From positions 1-64,000 of IMG/VR virus record IMGVR_UViG_3300010883_000003: a stretch of DNA of 64,000 nucleotides; one strand, written 5' to 3'. Shown here in pieces: positions 8,285 to 18,445 of the stretch (its first letter is position 1; each line of letters begins with the position of its first letter). This stretch comes from a virus. Below the pieces are notes generated by a model, which did no database searches, was not told the DNA's origin, and saw only the letters and a list, made by a program, of their open reading frames with translations. A program made the position numbers and the translations under genes.

Positions 8285-10899
8285 TGCTTTTTAAGTCTGA
8301 AAAACTACAAGATATACTAGAGTTTCCTGCGTATTCTGCAGAGATAATTGCAATGCGTGATAGTCGAAAGTCGCTAAGTCTAACAAGAACATCAACTTTA
8401 TCTGCATCTACTACCTCTTCGACAGGTACCAAGATGGTGCTGTACCAATTTGAGATTGCAATCGATGAGTTCACTGCAGTTTCCCAAGACGCTATGACAC
8501 TTCGTGCAAACGTATACAAGAAAAAGCCCGAGCCATTCAGCATAGCTGCTAGCTCTATTAAAAGCTCTGCGCAATATACTTCCACATCGAAGAATTTAGA
8601 GAAAAATGTTAGGTCACAAAAGGCCGACAATGATAGCAGGAAGATAGCTAGTAAAACTTTCGATGTGAGTAATTATATAAGCAATGATTTGGCGAATATA
8701 GCACACTCTATTTCTACAAACGCTGCTGTTGTAACATCTAGAACTCAAAAAAATAGTCTACAGGCCCGGGCATCGATTATAAAGCCTAAGAACCCGTTTT
8801 CAACTGCGCAAAAAGTAGTATTTAAACCATCCACCCCCGGTATTTTAAAGCCAGTAGGAACAGTGATAAAGAAGAAGGGATCTGGTAAACAACTAAACAC
8901 TTCTATTACACAAGGAGTAAAGGTAACAAAGCCCGTATCAAAGTCTTTTTCAAAAAGCATATTAGCAGTAAGCAAAGACCCGGCGTCGATAACGGTAGGT
9001 ACACAGACAAGCTTATCGACACTATCAAAGTCAATAAAAGCCATGGCAGCCAATCACACTTTCAGCCCGCCTACATCACTACCGGATTTACCAACATTTC
9101 GAGTATTTACTGGTAAAAAGAAAGTTTTTATTAAGATGTGGATCGAAAATGCTCCGCTTGTATCTGCTGGCTCATTCTACATCTTATTAGAGCTTGAAAA
9201 TAATGACGGAACCCGGGTTGCTCTAGCTGAAAAAGTTATTTCACATGCTAAAATATTAAACTCATTCTTAACTCCATCATTTGCCCCAAGGCTTGAAGCT
9301 CAATACGTTAAGCCTGGTACTATAACTGTAAGTTTAGAAAAGCACCCGCTTGACACGAAATGCCGCTCAATGAAAGTCTTTAGGAGACAGTCCATACCAG
9401 AAGGCAACGCGAGTACAAGCTCTGGTACAGGATGGCTAGAAGTGTTTGATTCTACAGTGGTTAATTCTGATAGTTTTGTTTTTCGTGATGTAATACCAAC
9501 CTCAAATGTTATTGTCTACAGAGCTATATCTTATGGAGAAAATCACAAACCTTCTGAGAAGTTCGAGTCCGCAGTGGTTTTACCTCCGAAAGAGTTTGAA
9601 TCTAAACAGTCTGGTTCCTTGACTGCCGTAGCAGCGTTATCAACACCTGGTACAAATTCATACGTTACTGTTAAGGTAAAAGATATTCCGTATGATGTAG
9701 TAGCAGTAATGGTACGCCGCTACAATTTAACGACTGATTCTCAATCGCAGGCTCGGTCGCGAAAAGGATCTGGATTCATATATATCGGACAAACTCCTAT
9801 ATCCCAACAAGTAACAGTCACTGAGATAGATGATGATTCTGTTGTTAGCTTATTCGACGAAACCGCAAAGGTAGGTAATAACTACCGCTACGTCCCTGTA
9901 GGCATCACTCGAATGGGCAAAGAAATTACAGGTTCTTCATTTGCATTAGAAATACCAGTATCTCCAGACCGCGCACAAGTCAGCATATCCGTGACAAATC
10001 CTGTTTTAGAAAATAATGTCGTTACCATTGCGTTATCTGGAGTATTTACTGATTTTGGATTTAGCGAGATTCGTAGGTCTCTAGCTTCAGCGCAACAAGC
10101 TGGACTGTTCTCAAATGACTTACTAGAAGATAGAAGTAAGTTCGAATCTTTAATAGGCTTCTTGGTGGAAAGAGTAAATTCAAGGACAGGTCAAGTAGAG
10201 AGTTTTGGCACTTATACAGCTGGCAAATTCTACGATAGCGATGACGTAAGGAAGCAGAAGAATATAAGCGATCTATCACCTGGTATTGAGTATACATACA
10301 TCATAACTGCGCTATTAAGCACCCCGGAAGCTCTATTTCCGCTATTAAAGAGGAAAGAAGTTGATATTCGTTCACTGGTTCCATTTGAGGCAAGTATAGC
10401 TAAGTTTAGAAATCCCTTGGCGCTGAATAAGGCCACGTTGCAATCTACCGCTCGTCAATTGGACAGATCGCTACCCAGCGCTCTAGAGCCAACTGATCCA
10501 ATAATAGCTGGTCGTACAAATATACAAGTATCTAAAGAGATCCGTATTCCAGTCAGCGTAACAGCCACAAAAGCCGTTACGGTCGAAGTTAACAGGACGT
10601 TTAACAGAGTTATATGGAGTTATGCAAACCCCGATAATATCGACCACTTTAGAATATACGTAGCTGCAGCAGGCGGTAGCGTATTAATAGACACAGTACA
10701 TTGCGACGCGTCCTCATCAACATTCTATTACAGGCATTATAATAAAGACTCTAGTATAAATTTTAGGTATGAAGTACAACCTATAGATTTATCGTATAAG
10801 GAAATGGCAAAAATTTATACTCCTACAATAAAAGCGCCAGACTTATCACATGCGTTAGGTGTTGGTGCACTTGATAACAACAAAGTTTTGAGGTTATAA
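8284..10899 (+). CDS. Large putative virion protein with Ig/FnIII-like beta domains
   Basis: 871 aa, TAATG-coupled to the upstream gene. Beta-rich segments such as GNNYRYVPVG and PGIEYTYIITA. Confidence 0.5.
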   Translation: MLFKSEKLQDILEFPAYSAEIIAMRDSRKSLSLTRTSTLSASTTSSTGTKMVLYQFEIAIDEFTAVSQDAMTLRANVYKKKPEPFSIAASSIKSSAQYTSTSKNLEKNVRSQKADNDSRKIASKTFDVSNYISNDLANIAHSISTNAAVVTSRTQKNSLQARASIIKPKNPFSTAQKVVFKPSTPGILKPVGTVIKKKGSGKQLNTSITQGVKVTKPVSKSFSKSILAVSKDPASITVGTQTSLSTLSKSIKAMAANHTFSPPTSLPDLPTFRVFTGKKKVFIKMWIENAPLVSAGSFYILLELENNDGTRVALAEKVISHAKILNSFLTPSFAPRLEAQYVKPGTITVSLEKHPLDTKCRSMKVFRRQSIPEGNASTSSGTGWLEVFDSTVVNSDSFVFRDVIPTSNVIVYRAISYGENHKPSEKFESAVVLPPKEFESKQSGSLTAVAALSTPGTNSYVTVKVKDIPYDVVAVMVRRYNLTTDSQSQARSRKGSGFIYIGQTPISQQVTVTEIDDDSVVSLFDETAKVGNNYRYVPVGITRMGKEITGSSFALEIPVSPDRAQVSISVTNPVLENNVVTIALSGVFTDFGFSEIRRSLASAQQAGLFSNDLLEDRSKFESLIGFLVERVNSRTGQVESFGTYTAGKFYDSDDVRKQKNISDLSPGIEYTYIITALLSTPEALFPLLKRKEVDIRSLVPFEASIAKFRNPLALNKATLQSTARQLDRSLPSALEPTDPIIAGRTNIQVSKEIRIPVSVTATKAVTVEVNRTFNRVIWSYANPDNIDHFRIYVAAAGGSVLIDTVHCDASSSTFYYRHYNKDSSINFRYEVQPIDLSYKEMAKIYTPTIKAPDLSHALGVGALDNNKVLRL

Positions 10900-13800
10900 T
10901 GTCTAACTTTCTACATAAGCTTAATATCAAGGATATCTCTAAAGAAGAGTCATCCTCTAGCGAATCTTTAGAAGATCTCTTACTTGTCAACATAGCTGAC
11001 AAAAATGCCGCAGTGCTGCAAAAGCCTACGAGCACAAAAGATAGTTCCAAGTCATCAGGATCCAGTCGTAAAGGCCGCAGAGATAGACTGAAGAATAAAA
11101 GAGTTGTAAACATCTCTGGTGATGAAGATGGACCGTCTGCTGAGCAGTTAAGGCTGACTAAAGAGTACGAAGAAAAAAACAAACAAGCGCTATTACGTAG
11201 ACAACTACAGGCTAATCAAAAAAGCCAGTCTGGTTCTTCATCGGAGTTGTTCCAGTCAGCTGATCCACTGTCCAAGAATGAAACAGCGGCAGATGCCGGG
11301 ACAGAGATACTTACAGCTACAATGCGTCCAATTGTTTTGGGATCTTTTCAATACGAGCCACCGAATGCCAAAGGACACCTAACTCCAACCGGTGAGTTGA
11401 TACGCCTTAAAAGATCTACAAAGAGAATAAAGCTAGACAAGATAGTAAGACCTAGAATACAAGACGTTACATTTAAAGTCCCACAAATAGCGGATGTGTT
11501 ATCGACATACGTCAGCGCTAGGGAAGCATTCTTTAATTCACTAGCTCCATCGAATTTGTCAAACTATCACGACATTCTATCTGCATTCGGTTTAGAGCTT
11601 AATGAAAATGTATCAAACTCCGAAACTATTTATACGTTGCTAAAAGAGCTAGCACATTCTGTGAAATACGCGACTTCGAGACTTGACGAAAGTGCTGACA
11701 GACTTGTGGACGGTGATGAAAATATAGTCGGAAAAAAAGCTCCTCTAATAGAAAATTATTATGGAGCGCTTGAGCCTTGGGGCGCACCTGATAATTTTCA
11801 AAAACTAAGAGATGCTGATGTTGATGATATAGAGATATCTATAAAGTGCTTGATGTCTATTATGTCTAAAGAGACGATATATTCATATAATATAGGGAGC
11901 AAAGAACTATCTGGCCCAACGAATGTCAATCCGCATTTTATACTACAAGTTCAATTTAATAACAATTACTTGACGAACCCTCCGCCTATGCAGAATCCAG
12001 CTTTCATATCTGCTCATGGCATCGCGTTTACTTCAATAAAGCCAGATGGTGGTACGCTGACATCGACTGCAACGTCCAATTATAGTTACCCACTTGAACT
12101 AGCTCAAGTGATTAACAAAGATAAACAAACAAGGTCTGCAATCGATTTCACTAGAGAGCTAAGCAATGACTCTAGTGAACAATATCCATCCGAGGTTGCT
12201 TCAGATGCTACAATGGTGGACTCACCTTATAAAGCTATAAGTGACAGTTTCGCATCAGGAAATACCAGGTTACGTAGCTTGATCGACTCTGTAGATCTAA
12301 GCCCTGAAAGAGACATTTCTATACAGTTACTAAATACCATATTAGAAACTGTTCATATTCAAATGAAGGCCGCTGTTGGTAGTGTTAACACGTCGATAGA
12401 GTGTAACATTTTAAGAGCAGCTGCAGCGGACCATAATATATTAGGGTGGTTGCTAATATATCTCACATTTCGTTTTGAGAGAATAAATGGTGCCGGCTCC
12501 TCGGGTGATTTTTCAAAGCTTGTGACTAACAGTAAGTATCTTAGGGACTGTATTGGAACAATAGCTGGAGGCAAGGTAGAAAAAACTTTTGAAATAAGTC
12601 CTCAGAACGTTACATTAAATCCTGCCGTAGATGGTCAATCGGAGTTTACGGCTCCGTCTCAAGAAACGACTGCAACTCTGGAAACGTCTCCCGGCGCAGG
12701 AGAGACGGCCACTCTAGAAGCAAGGTTTGATGTTACTTTTGAGGGCGTTTGTGATCTATTTGCACTTGAGTTACAGAACTATTGGAGCTCCGGCGCGAAT
12801 ATACAGAATGATTTTACCACTTCTCAAAGTATAAGTGTATACCCAACTATGGTTTCATCGTGCTTAAGAAGCACTAACACTTCTAGTTCTATATTTGACT
12901 TTTTACTATCGTTTGATCAAGTACTAGAGTCTGTAATCCCTCAAGAGCAACCAGTATCTATCTTTACCGGCGAAAACAGACGAACTAGATTTTCTCAGGT
13001 ACCAAGAGAGAATATGCTGGCTATATTCTCTATGGCCACATCAAAGTTGGTTGCCTTGCTTATGACTCCCAGGTGTAATGTTATCGCCCCACCGATAGCT
13101 TCGTCTACAATCACGCAAGTAACTATGACTGCTCCCCCGGCCTACAGCGGTCAACAACAAAGCGCACGAACCTCCCGGTATAGCTATCGAGCATCGTCGC
13201 TTAGTGACGGAGTGTATAACAATAATACAATACAGCCGTCTCAATCAAATTTAGCGTTTCAGTTTTCTACGGATTATAGCTCTGTGTTACTTGATATAGA
13301 AGATTATCTTGGCTCACAAAATGATGACTTTTCTGATATAGCAGAGTCGTTTCCCGTTATTACATCTATTGGAGCTAGCCTTTTACAAGAAGAGAAGATT
13401 CTAACTGATACCGCTTCATCATTAGACACATACTTCGAAGTTGCTAATAAACAATTTGAGGCTTTACGATCATCCTTAGACATTCAGCTGCATGACGGAA
13501 CAAGTCTAAAAGAAAGAATAGCAAACGGGCTTATACCAACGCTAGACTCCGCAAAGTTGTTAAAGAGCTATTCTCACTCGTTTAATGACCCTATGATGAC
13601 TTACAACAATTCAAAAATAAAAGATAAGACAATAGGCCCACATGGCACAGACCTGATGCTGCAACATTGCTCTAATTACGATCCATTTACTAAAAAGAAG
13701 AATGCTTTCGTTATAGGAATACCTGCCGGTCTATTAGAAGAAGTCTCAAACCCTCCCGCTGAAATTCAATATATCAGAAGTAACAAGACAGATACACAAC

Positions 13801-13961
13801 CTGAGATATTTACACTCACTATACAGAAAATAGATCAAACAAACCCGAACATTGATTACGAAGACGTTAACATTAGTTTCTCTCGTAGTTTGTTTCTTGT
13901 AGGTCATGGTAGAACAAGGCAAACTGCGACCCCAAACTTTATTACTATTGATAAAAATTAA
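10899..13961 (+). CDS. Large hypothetical structural protein (N-terminal part; probably continues by frameshift into 13955-14587)
   Basis: 1020 aa ORF, TAATG-coupled, ending at GAT AAA AAT TAA where the -1 frame opens. Confidence 0.6.
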   Translation: MSNFLHKLNIKDISKEESSSSESLEDLLLVNIADKNAAVLQKPTSTKDSSKSSGSSRKGRRDRLKNKRVVNISGDEDGPSAEQLRLTKEYEEKNKQALLRRQLQANQKSQSGSSSELFQSADPLSKNETAADAGTEILTATMRPIVLGSFQYEPPNAKGHLTPTGELIRLKRSTKRIKLDKIVRPRIQDVTFKVPQIADVLSTYVSAREAFFNSLAPSNLSNYHDILSAFGLELNENVSNSETIYTLLKELAHSVKYATSRLDESADRLVDGDENIVGKKAPLIENYYGALEPWGAPDNFQKLRDADVDDIEISIKCLMSIMSKETIYSYNIGSKELSGPTNVNPHFILQVQFNNNYLTNPPPMQNPAFISAHGIAFTSIKPDGGTLTSTATSNYSYPLELAQVINKDKQTRSAIDFTRELSNDSSEQYPSEVASDATMVDSPYKAISDSFASGNTRLRSLIDSVDLSPERDISIQLLNTILETVHIQMKAAVGSVNTSIECNILRAAAADHNILGWLLIYLTFRFERINGAGSSGDFSKLVTNSKYLRDCIGTIAGGKVEKTFEISPQNVTLNPAVDGQSEFTAPSQETTATLETSPGAGETATLEARFDVTFEGVCDLFALELQNYWSSGANIQNDFTTSQSISVYPTMVSSCLRSTNTSSSIFDFLLSFDQVLESVIPQEQPVSIFTGENRRTRFSQVPRENMLAIFSMATSKLVALLMTPRCNVIAPPIASSTITQVTMTAPPAYSGQQQSARTSRYSYRASSLSDGVYNNNTIQPSQSNLAFQFSTDYSSVLLDIEDYLGSQNDDFSDIAESFPVITSIGASLLQEEKILTDTASSLDTYFEVANKQFEALRSSLDIQLHDGTSLKERIANGLIPTLDSAKLLKSYSHSFNDPMMTYNNSKIKDKTIGPHGTDLMLQHCSNYDPFTKKKNAFVIGIPAGLLEEVSNPPAEIQYIRSNKTDTQPEIFTLTIQKIDQTNPNIDYEDVNISFSRSLFLVGHGRTRQTATPNFITIDKN

Positions 13962-14587
13962 GCGCCAAAAGCTTAAGTGCGGAAGCCGTTAAGAGAGCGT
14001 TTGGTTTACAGGTCTATAACAATCATTTATCTGATGTAGTGCTAAAACAGTACGCTGATGTTTTATTAGATCTAGACTTCTCTGAATCTGCTTTTCCAAT
14101 AAATCAAGGCTACGTAGCTAAATCGTTATCTAGCAAAGTTGATATATCTGCATTTAGTACAGTGGATAGTACAACAAAAGAATTTTTAAGTGGTAGTAAT
14201 TTAGCGTATGACAAGAACAGCAGAACGTTAGAGCAATTTTCATTCTATGATAAAGCGTCACAAACACTTGATACTTCATTCGTGAGTGATGACGAATACG
14301 AGTTTGCTGTAATGGACTACTTGAACTCTTATGGCTCTTTTTTCATACCTGAGGAAGAGTCTATAAAGATGGCAGATGGACTACAGTTCGAAAAAGTGTT
14401 ATGTGTGCTTATAGGTGATGATGATTTTAAACCAAACTTCTCTAGTGATGTACCGCCAGAAGTAAAGCAGCAGGTCGCCGCAGTGGACGCTGAAGAAAAA
14501 AATGTAAGTATAGGTGTTCAATCATCTAATGGCGTAGATCTCAGCACTTACAAATTCTCTATCACAATAGACGGAGCTAGGTTATGA
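13955..14587 (+). CDS. Probable C-terminal continuation of the 10899 protein in the -1 frame
   Basis: Frame open from 13955 (KLSAKSLSAEAVKRAFGLQVYNNHLSDVVLKQY...). No RBS before the GTG at 14039. Confidence 0.55.
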   Translation, partial: KLSAKSLSAEAVKRAFGLQVYNNHLSDVVLKQYADVLLDLDFSESAFPINQGYVAKSLSSKVDISAFSTVDSTTKEFLSGSNLAYDKNSRTLEQFSFYDKASQTLDTSFVSDDEYEFAVMDYLNSYGSFFIPEEESIKMADGLQFEKVLCVLIGDDDFKPNFSSDVPPEVKQQVAAVDAEEKNVSIGVQSSNGVDLSTYKFSITIDGARL

Positions 14588-16383
14588 AATCAGTGTCGAT
14601 GCCAAGTAAGCCTATTCATTTTTTCGATGTACCAGAAGTAAATTCGTTCACTGCTGATTACAAATACAACTTCTTTATGAGCGATGAATCTATCGACGAG
14701 TCAGGTAACGAGGCCTTAAATGGGAATTTGTCTGCTAGATTTATAGATAAAGGGACCGCTGATACAACAAACTTAAATGCTAGGATCCCGCGTTACGTTA
14801 ATTTCTCTTTTTCTATTGGCGAATCTAAAAAGCCTATGTTGTCAAAAAACGCTGCGCGTGACATGCTTATGTCTAAAGAAGATATCCTGGATGCCTTTAA
14901 CAGTGGTCTGGTTGTGACGGAAGATGATGCATCTGAAAGCTTATACCATTCAATTAACATTGGCTCTAAGGGGCTAACAGGTGCCTTAGAGAACCTTATG
15001 AGACTTACGCTGAATAGATATGTAGCTAATGAATCTAGCGTGCAGCAAGCAGTCACAAAGTTTTCTGGAAAGTCTAAAGTTAACTCCAACTTCATATCAT
15101 TGATGACGCCTTCATCGCTAAATGAAAAACCACATCCTAAGCATGTGAATAAAGAGAAGCATCTTGATAGTATGAAAAAAGTAAAAAGTCAAGTGCAATT
15201 AAATAGAGCATATGCTCCTATGATAATGAGAAAGTCTATTGAGAATGGATTGACGCTACTAGATAAAGAGCTGATGACAAACTACTACAACGCCGTCTCA
15301 CGAAAGAGCGCCGATCCAGGGTTTAATGTTACGGAGGCTGAAAATATATTTGACATACCAATAGTAAGCCAAAAAAAGGTAGATTCACCAATATTCGTTT
15401 CAGAAGCAGCAGTTGTAGGCATCCTGGTAGAGAAGACTAGGGTATTTCAAGGTAAAAGATATCCGATGCCGGCAATAGTCATAGCTGGTAACAAGCCAAC
15501 CGCTGGATTCGATTCTCAAGTTGCGTATGGTCAGACGTATGAATACGTTTGTCGCACAATCGCAAAATTTAAACTGCCTGCAACAACTGATGATGGAAGA
15601 ACTTTTATACAAACTTTCTTGGTAGCATCACGACCAACAGAGCCTTCAAGTATTACGCTAACTGAAAATGTAGCGCCAGACTCTCCACAAGACATTAACT
15701 TCTATTATAAGTACGGAACTAATGACCTATACATCACTTGGTCACCACCCGTAAATCCGCAGCGTGACGTTAAGTATTACCAAATTTTTAGAAGACGATC
15801 TATCGACGAACCATTCGAGCTTATAGCAAATCTTGATTTTGATGACTCTGTCGTTAGATCAGTGCCTATTGAAACTATAGACCCTACACTGACAAAATCT
15901 TTTAGTGATATGCCGGCATCGTATATAGACCATGAATTTGACAAAACGAAGTCTTTTATTTACGCGTTGGTATCTGTGGATGCCAGACAGATCAGTTCTA
16001 CGTACTCCCCTCAAGTTAGGGTAAGCTTTGATACTTCAAAAAATAAAGTTAAGAAAGAGTATGTATGTTTTGGCGGCGCACCAAAGCAGTATCCTAACTG
16101 GACTTTAGCGGAAAACTTCTTTGTAGACTCGATGAAAGATTCATCTCATGACAAAGTGAATATTTACTTTAACCCTGAAGCTTATACTCTTATTAGAGGT
16201 AATGGAGAAGTTATCCCTGCGTTTTGTTCAACGTCGATTGATTCTTTATCGAAGTACGTTTTTCAATTTATAAATACGGACAGACTTTTAGAGCAAAAAT
16301 TTGAAGTGACAATAGATGATTCGAACTTTACAAAGAATTTTGCCGCTAGCGCAGAGGCATTAGGGAAAGATGATGATGAATAG
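14584..16383 (+). CDS. Virion protein with fibronectin type III-like domains
   Basis: PDSPQDINF..LYITWSPP..VKYYQIFRR and YGQTYEY..R patterns typical of FnIII folds. ATGA overlap with the upstream frame. Confidence 0.55.
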   Translation: MKSVSMPSKPIHFFDVPEVNSFTADYKYNFFMSDESIDESGNEALNGNLSARFIDKGTADTTNLNARIPRYVNFSFSIGESKKPMLSKNAARDMLMSKEDILDAFNSGLVVTEDDASESLYHSINIGSKGLTGALENLMRLTLNRYVANESSVQQAVTKFSGKSKVNSNFISLMTPSSLNEKPHPKHVNKEKHLDSMKKVKSQVQLNRAYAPMIMRKSIENGLTLLDKELMTNYYNAVSRKSADPGFNVTEAENIFDIPIVSQKKVDSPIFVSEAAVVGILVEKTRVFQGKRYPMPAIVIAGNKPTAGFDSQVAYGQTYEYVCRTIAKFKLPATTDDGRTFIQTFLVASRPTEPSSITLTENVAPDSPQDINFYYKYGTNDLYITWSPPVNPQRDVKYYQIFRRRSIDEPFELIANLDFDDSVVRSVPIETIDPTLTKSFSDMPASYIDHEFDKTKSFIYALVSVDARQISSTYSPQVRVSFDTSKNKVKKEYVCFGGAPKQYPNWTLAENFFVDSMKDSSHDKVNIYFNPEAYTLIRGNGEVIPAFCSTSIDSLSKYVFQFINTDRLLEQKFEVTIDDSNFTKNFAASAEALGKDDDE

Positions 16384-16436
16384 TTTAACGTTGTTTGCTT
16401 TACTGTATATTTAGCAATGGTTCAGGAGGAATTTAA

Positions 16437-17144
16437 ATGGGTTTCTTAGATAATAGTACAAATAATATTATAGTCGATGCGGTTCTAACAGACTACGGTC
16501 GAGAACAGCTCGCGAAGAATGATGGTAGTTTTTCTATCAAGAAGTTCGCATTTGGCGACGATGAAGTCGATTACACGATGATCGAAAAGTTCGGTAGAAC
16601 TGTCGGAAAGCAAAAGATAGAGTTAAACACTCCTGTTTTTGAAGCGCAAACAAACGAAAACTTTGCGCTCAAACATAGGCTTATAAGCTTATCAACGTCT
16701 ACGCTGTATAAGCTACCGTCTACAGGATACACATCATCCGGGCTATCTGGTAATACACTAGCCTTTAAGAAAGATGGCGCAAACGCGTCACAAACAATTG
16801 TGTTTACACAGACTTTGTCTGATGAAAATTCGATATTAACTGAGCTTCGAGATCAAACCTTTATCGTTAAATTACCGTATAGATTTCTTGAGCTTGAAGG
16901 TCGAGGCGCACCGGACCAGATAGACTCTGAAGAAATTGCAACGTATATTGTAACGAAAGATCCTCAGCCCACCGCTGCTGGTGGATCTATACTCACTCTT
17001 GTGATTAAAACTCGCTCTATATCTAATAGCGTATTTACGTTTTATGGCAACGCTGATAATAAGAGTCAAATTTCAACAACAATGACTGTTCAAGGTTTAC
17101 AGTCTGCTGTTGTAACGTCATTGTCAGCTACTATAGAGAAGTGA
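16437..17144 (+). CDS. Putative baseplate/tail structural protein
   Basis: AGGAGG RBS. MGFLDNS..IIVDAVLTDYGREQLA..F.I.KFAFGDDEVDY N-terminus, paralogous to ORF 7343. Confidence 0.6.
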   Translation: MGFLDNSTNNIIVDAVLTDYGREQLAKNDGSFSIKKFAFGDDEVDYTMIEKFGRTVGKQKIELNTPVFEAQTNENFALKHRLISLSTSTLYKLPSTGYTSSGLSGNTLAFKKDGANASQTIVFTQTLSDENSILTELRDQTFIVKLPYRFLELEGRGAPDQIDSEEIATYIVTKDPQPTAAGGSILTLVIKTRSISNSVFTFYGNADNKSQISTTMTVQGLQSAVVTSLSATIEK

Positions 17145-17153
17145 GGATAAAAA

Positions 17154-18434
17154 ATGGCCACCTTTAAAGAGATTACATCCAACGACATCACTACATCACG
17201 TTCAGTGTTAAACCAGTTAGTTGACGTCATCCAGGAAGATATATCGGGATCCGCGACCCGAAAGTCTTATCAAGCATTTGTCACTGGTGGTATTGGACCA
17301 GGCGTAACGTCTTCGCTATACCAGACGGTATTTGATCAAGACTTTTCTTTACAAACTGCAAATTCACTGTTTGATATGACTGTGGGATTGTATTCATCTG
17401 GTGATACCGTTATTTCATCGTCAAATGGATCCGTTAACGGAAAGCTATTGTTTCCGTCACAGTCGATCATGATGAGAGAAAAAGTAGATATCTATAGACA
17501 GTACGCTGCTAATCTATTAGGCGATGCTAACTCTTCATTTTCTACCCCATTCGGTTCCGCAGCCGCTGATGATACGGTGGACAACGCTGTATTCCTATCA
17601 TTTAAGCGTCTATTCACAAGAGACAAAGTCAAAAGAGAGTCATTTGCGATAAAGGTATATCCTTCGGCATCAATCATGTCCCTCGCCGCCGGCCAACCTA
17701 CCCCAGTACAGAATTTATATAACGCGAATAACTCTCCAGCACATATCTACACTGATTTTGGTTCTTCGACAAATAGACGTAGAACATTCGGTGGCGAAGT
17801 CGGTAACTTAGTCGACTCATCAGACAGTTCGAAAAATGTTGGTCTAATATTCTATGATGCCGGGACGGTTGTTCTTAACGCCGGAGGCCGCGGGACTACG
17901 CAGCAGTCAAAGAAAAGAGCATTCGACGGAGACCAGTATCTTTCAGGTGCCATCTCTGGAATGGTTTCTACTGCACCAACCAACAACACTGATGTACCTC
18001 TTGGTAAGCAAATTTTAGGTGTACCAACTGCAATCTTTTCTTCCCAGGTACCTACCGCAAGACTTGTACCTGACCTAATGGTTTCTGCTAGTATAGATGA
18101 TATTGTAGATCACATTGCTTCAACTAGATTTTCTTCTGGTTCGTTAACAGCTGCAACATTCCAGAATAACACTAATATTAACTCTACCTTACTCTTCTGT
18201 AGAGCTCAAGCAAGCGAGTTTAATTATTCTTCTAACCCAACGTATACTAATTCGTCAAACAGGATAAGAGTTATAGAAGAAGGTCAAGAAGACACCCAAC
18301 GGTCATTCACATATATCACGACCGTTGGACTATATGATGTAAACGATAACCTGTTAGCCGTTGCGAAACTCTCTAGACCAATAGAAAAGAATGATGAGAA
18401 GGACCTGACTGTTCGCGTACGGCTTGATTTTTAG
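17154..18434 (+). CDS. Putative baseplate wedge/tail structural protein
   Basis: GAGGA RBS. C-terminal YITTVGLYD.NDNLLAVAKLSRPIEK..RVRLDF domain, paralogous to the C-terminus of ORF 18446. Confidence 0.6.
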   Translation: MATFKEITSNDITTSRSVLNQLVDVIQEDISGSATRKSYQAFVTGGIGPGVTSSLYQTVFDQDFSLQTANSLFDMTVGLYSSGDTVISSSNGSVNGKLLFPSQSIMMREKVDIYRQYAANLLGDANSSFSTPFGSAAADDTVDNAVFLSFKRLFTRDKVKRESFAIKVYPSASIMSLAAGQPTPVQNLYNANNSPAHIYTDFGSSTNRRRTFGGEVGNLVDSSDSSKNVGLIFYDAGTVVLNAGGRGTTQQSKKRAFDGDQYLSGAISGMVSTAPTNNTDVPLGKQILGVPTAIFSSQVPTARLVPDLMVSASIDDIVDHIASTRFSSGSLTAATFQNNTNINSTLLFCRAQASEFNYSSNPTYTNSSNRIRVIEEGQEDTQRSFTYITTVGLYDVNDNLLAVAKLSRPIEKNDEKDLTVRVRLDF

Positions 18435-18445
18435 TGGGGGTCTAA

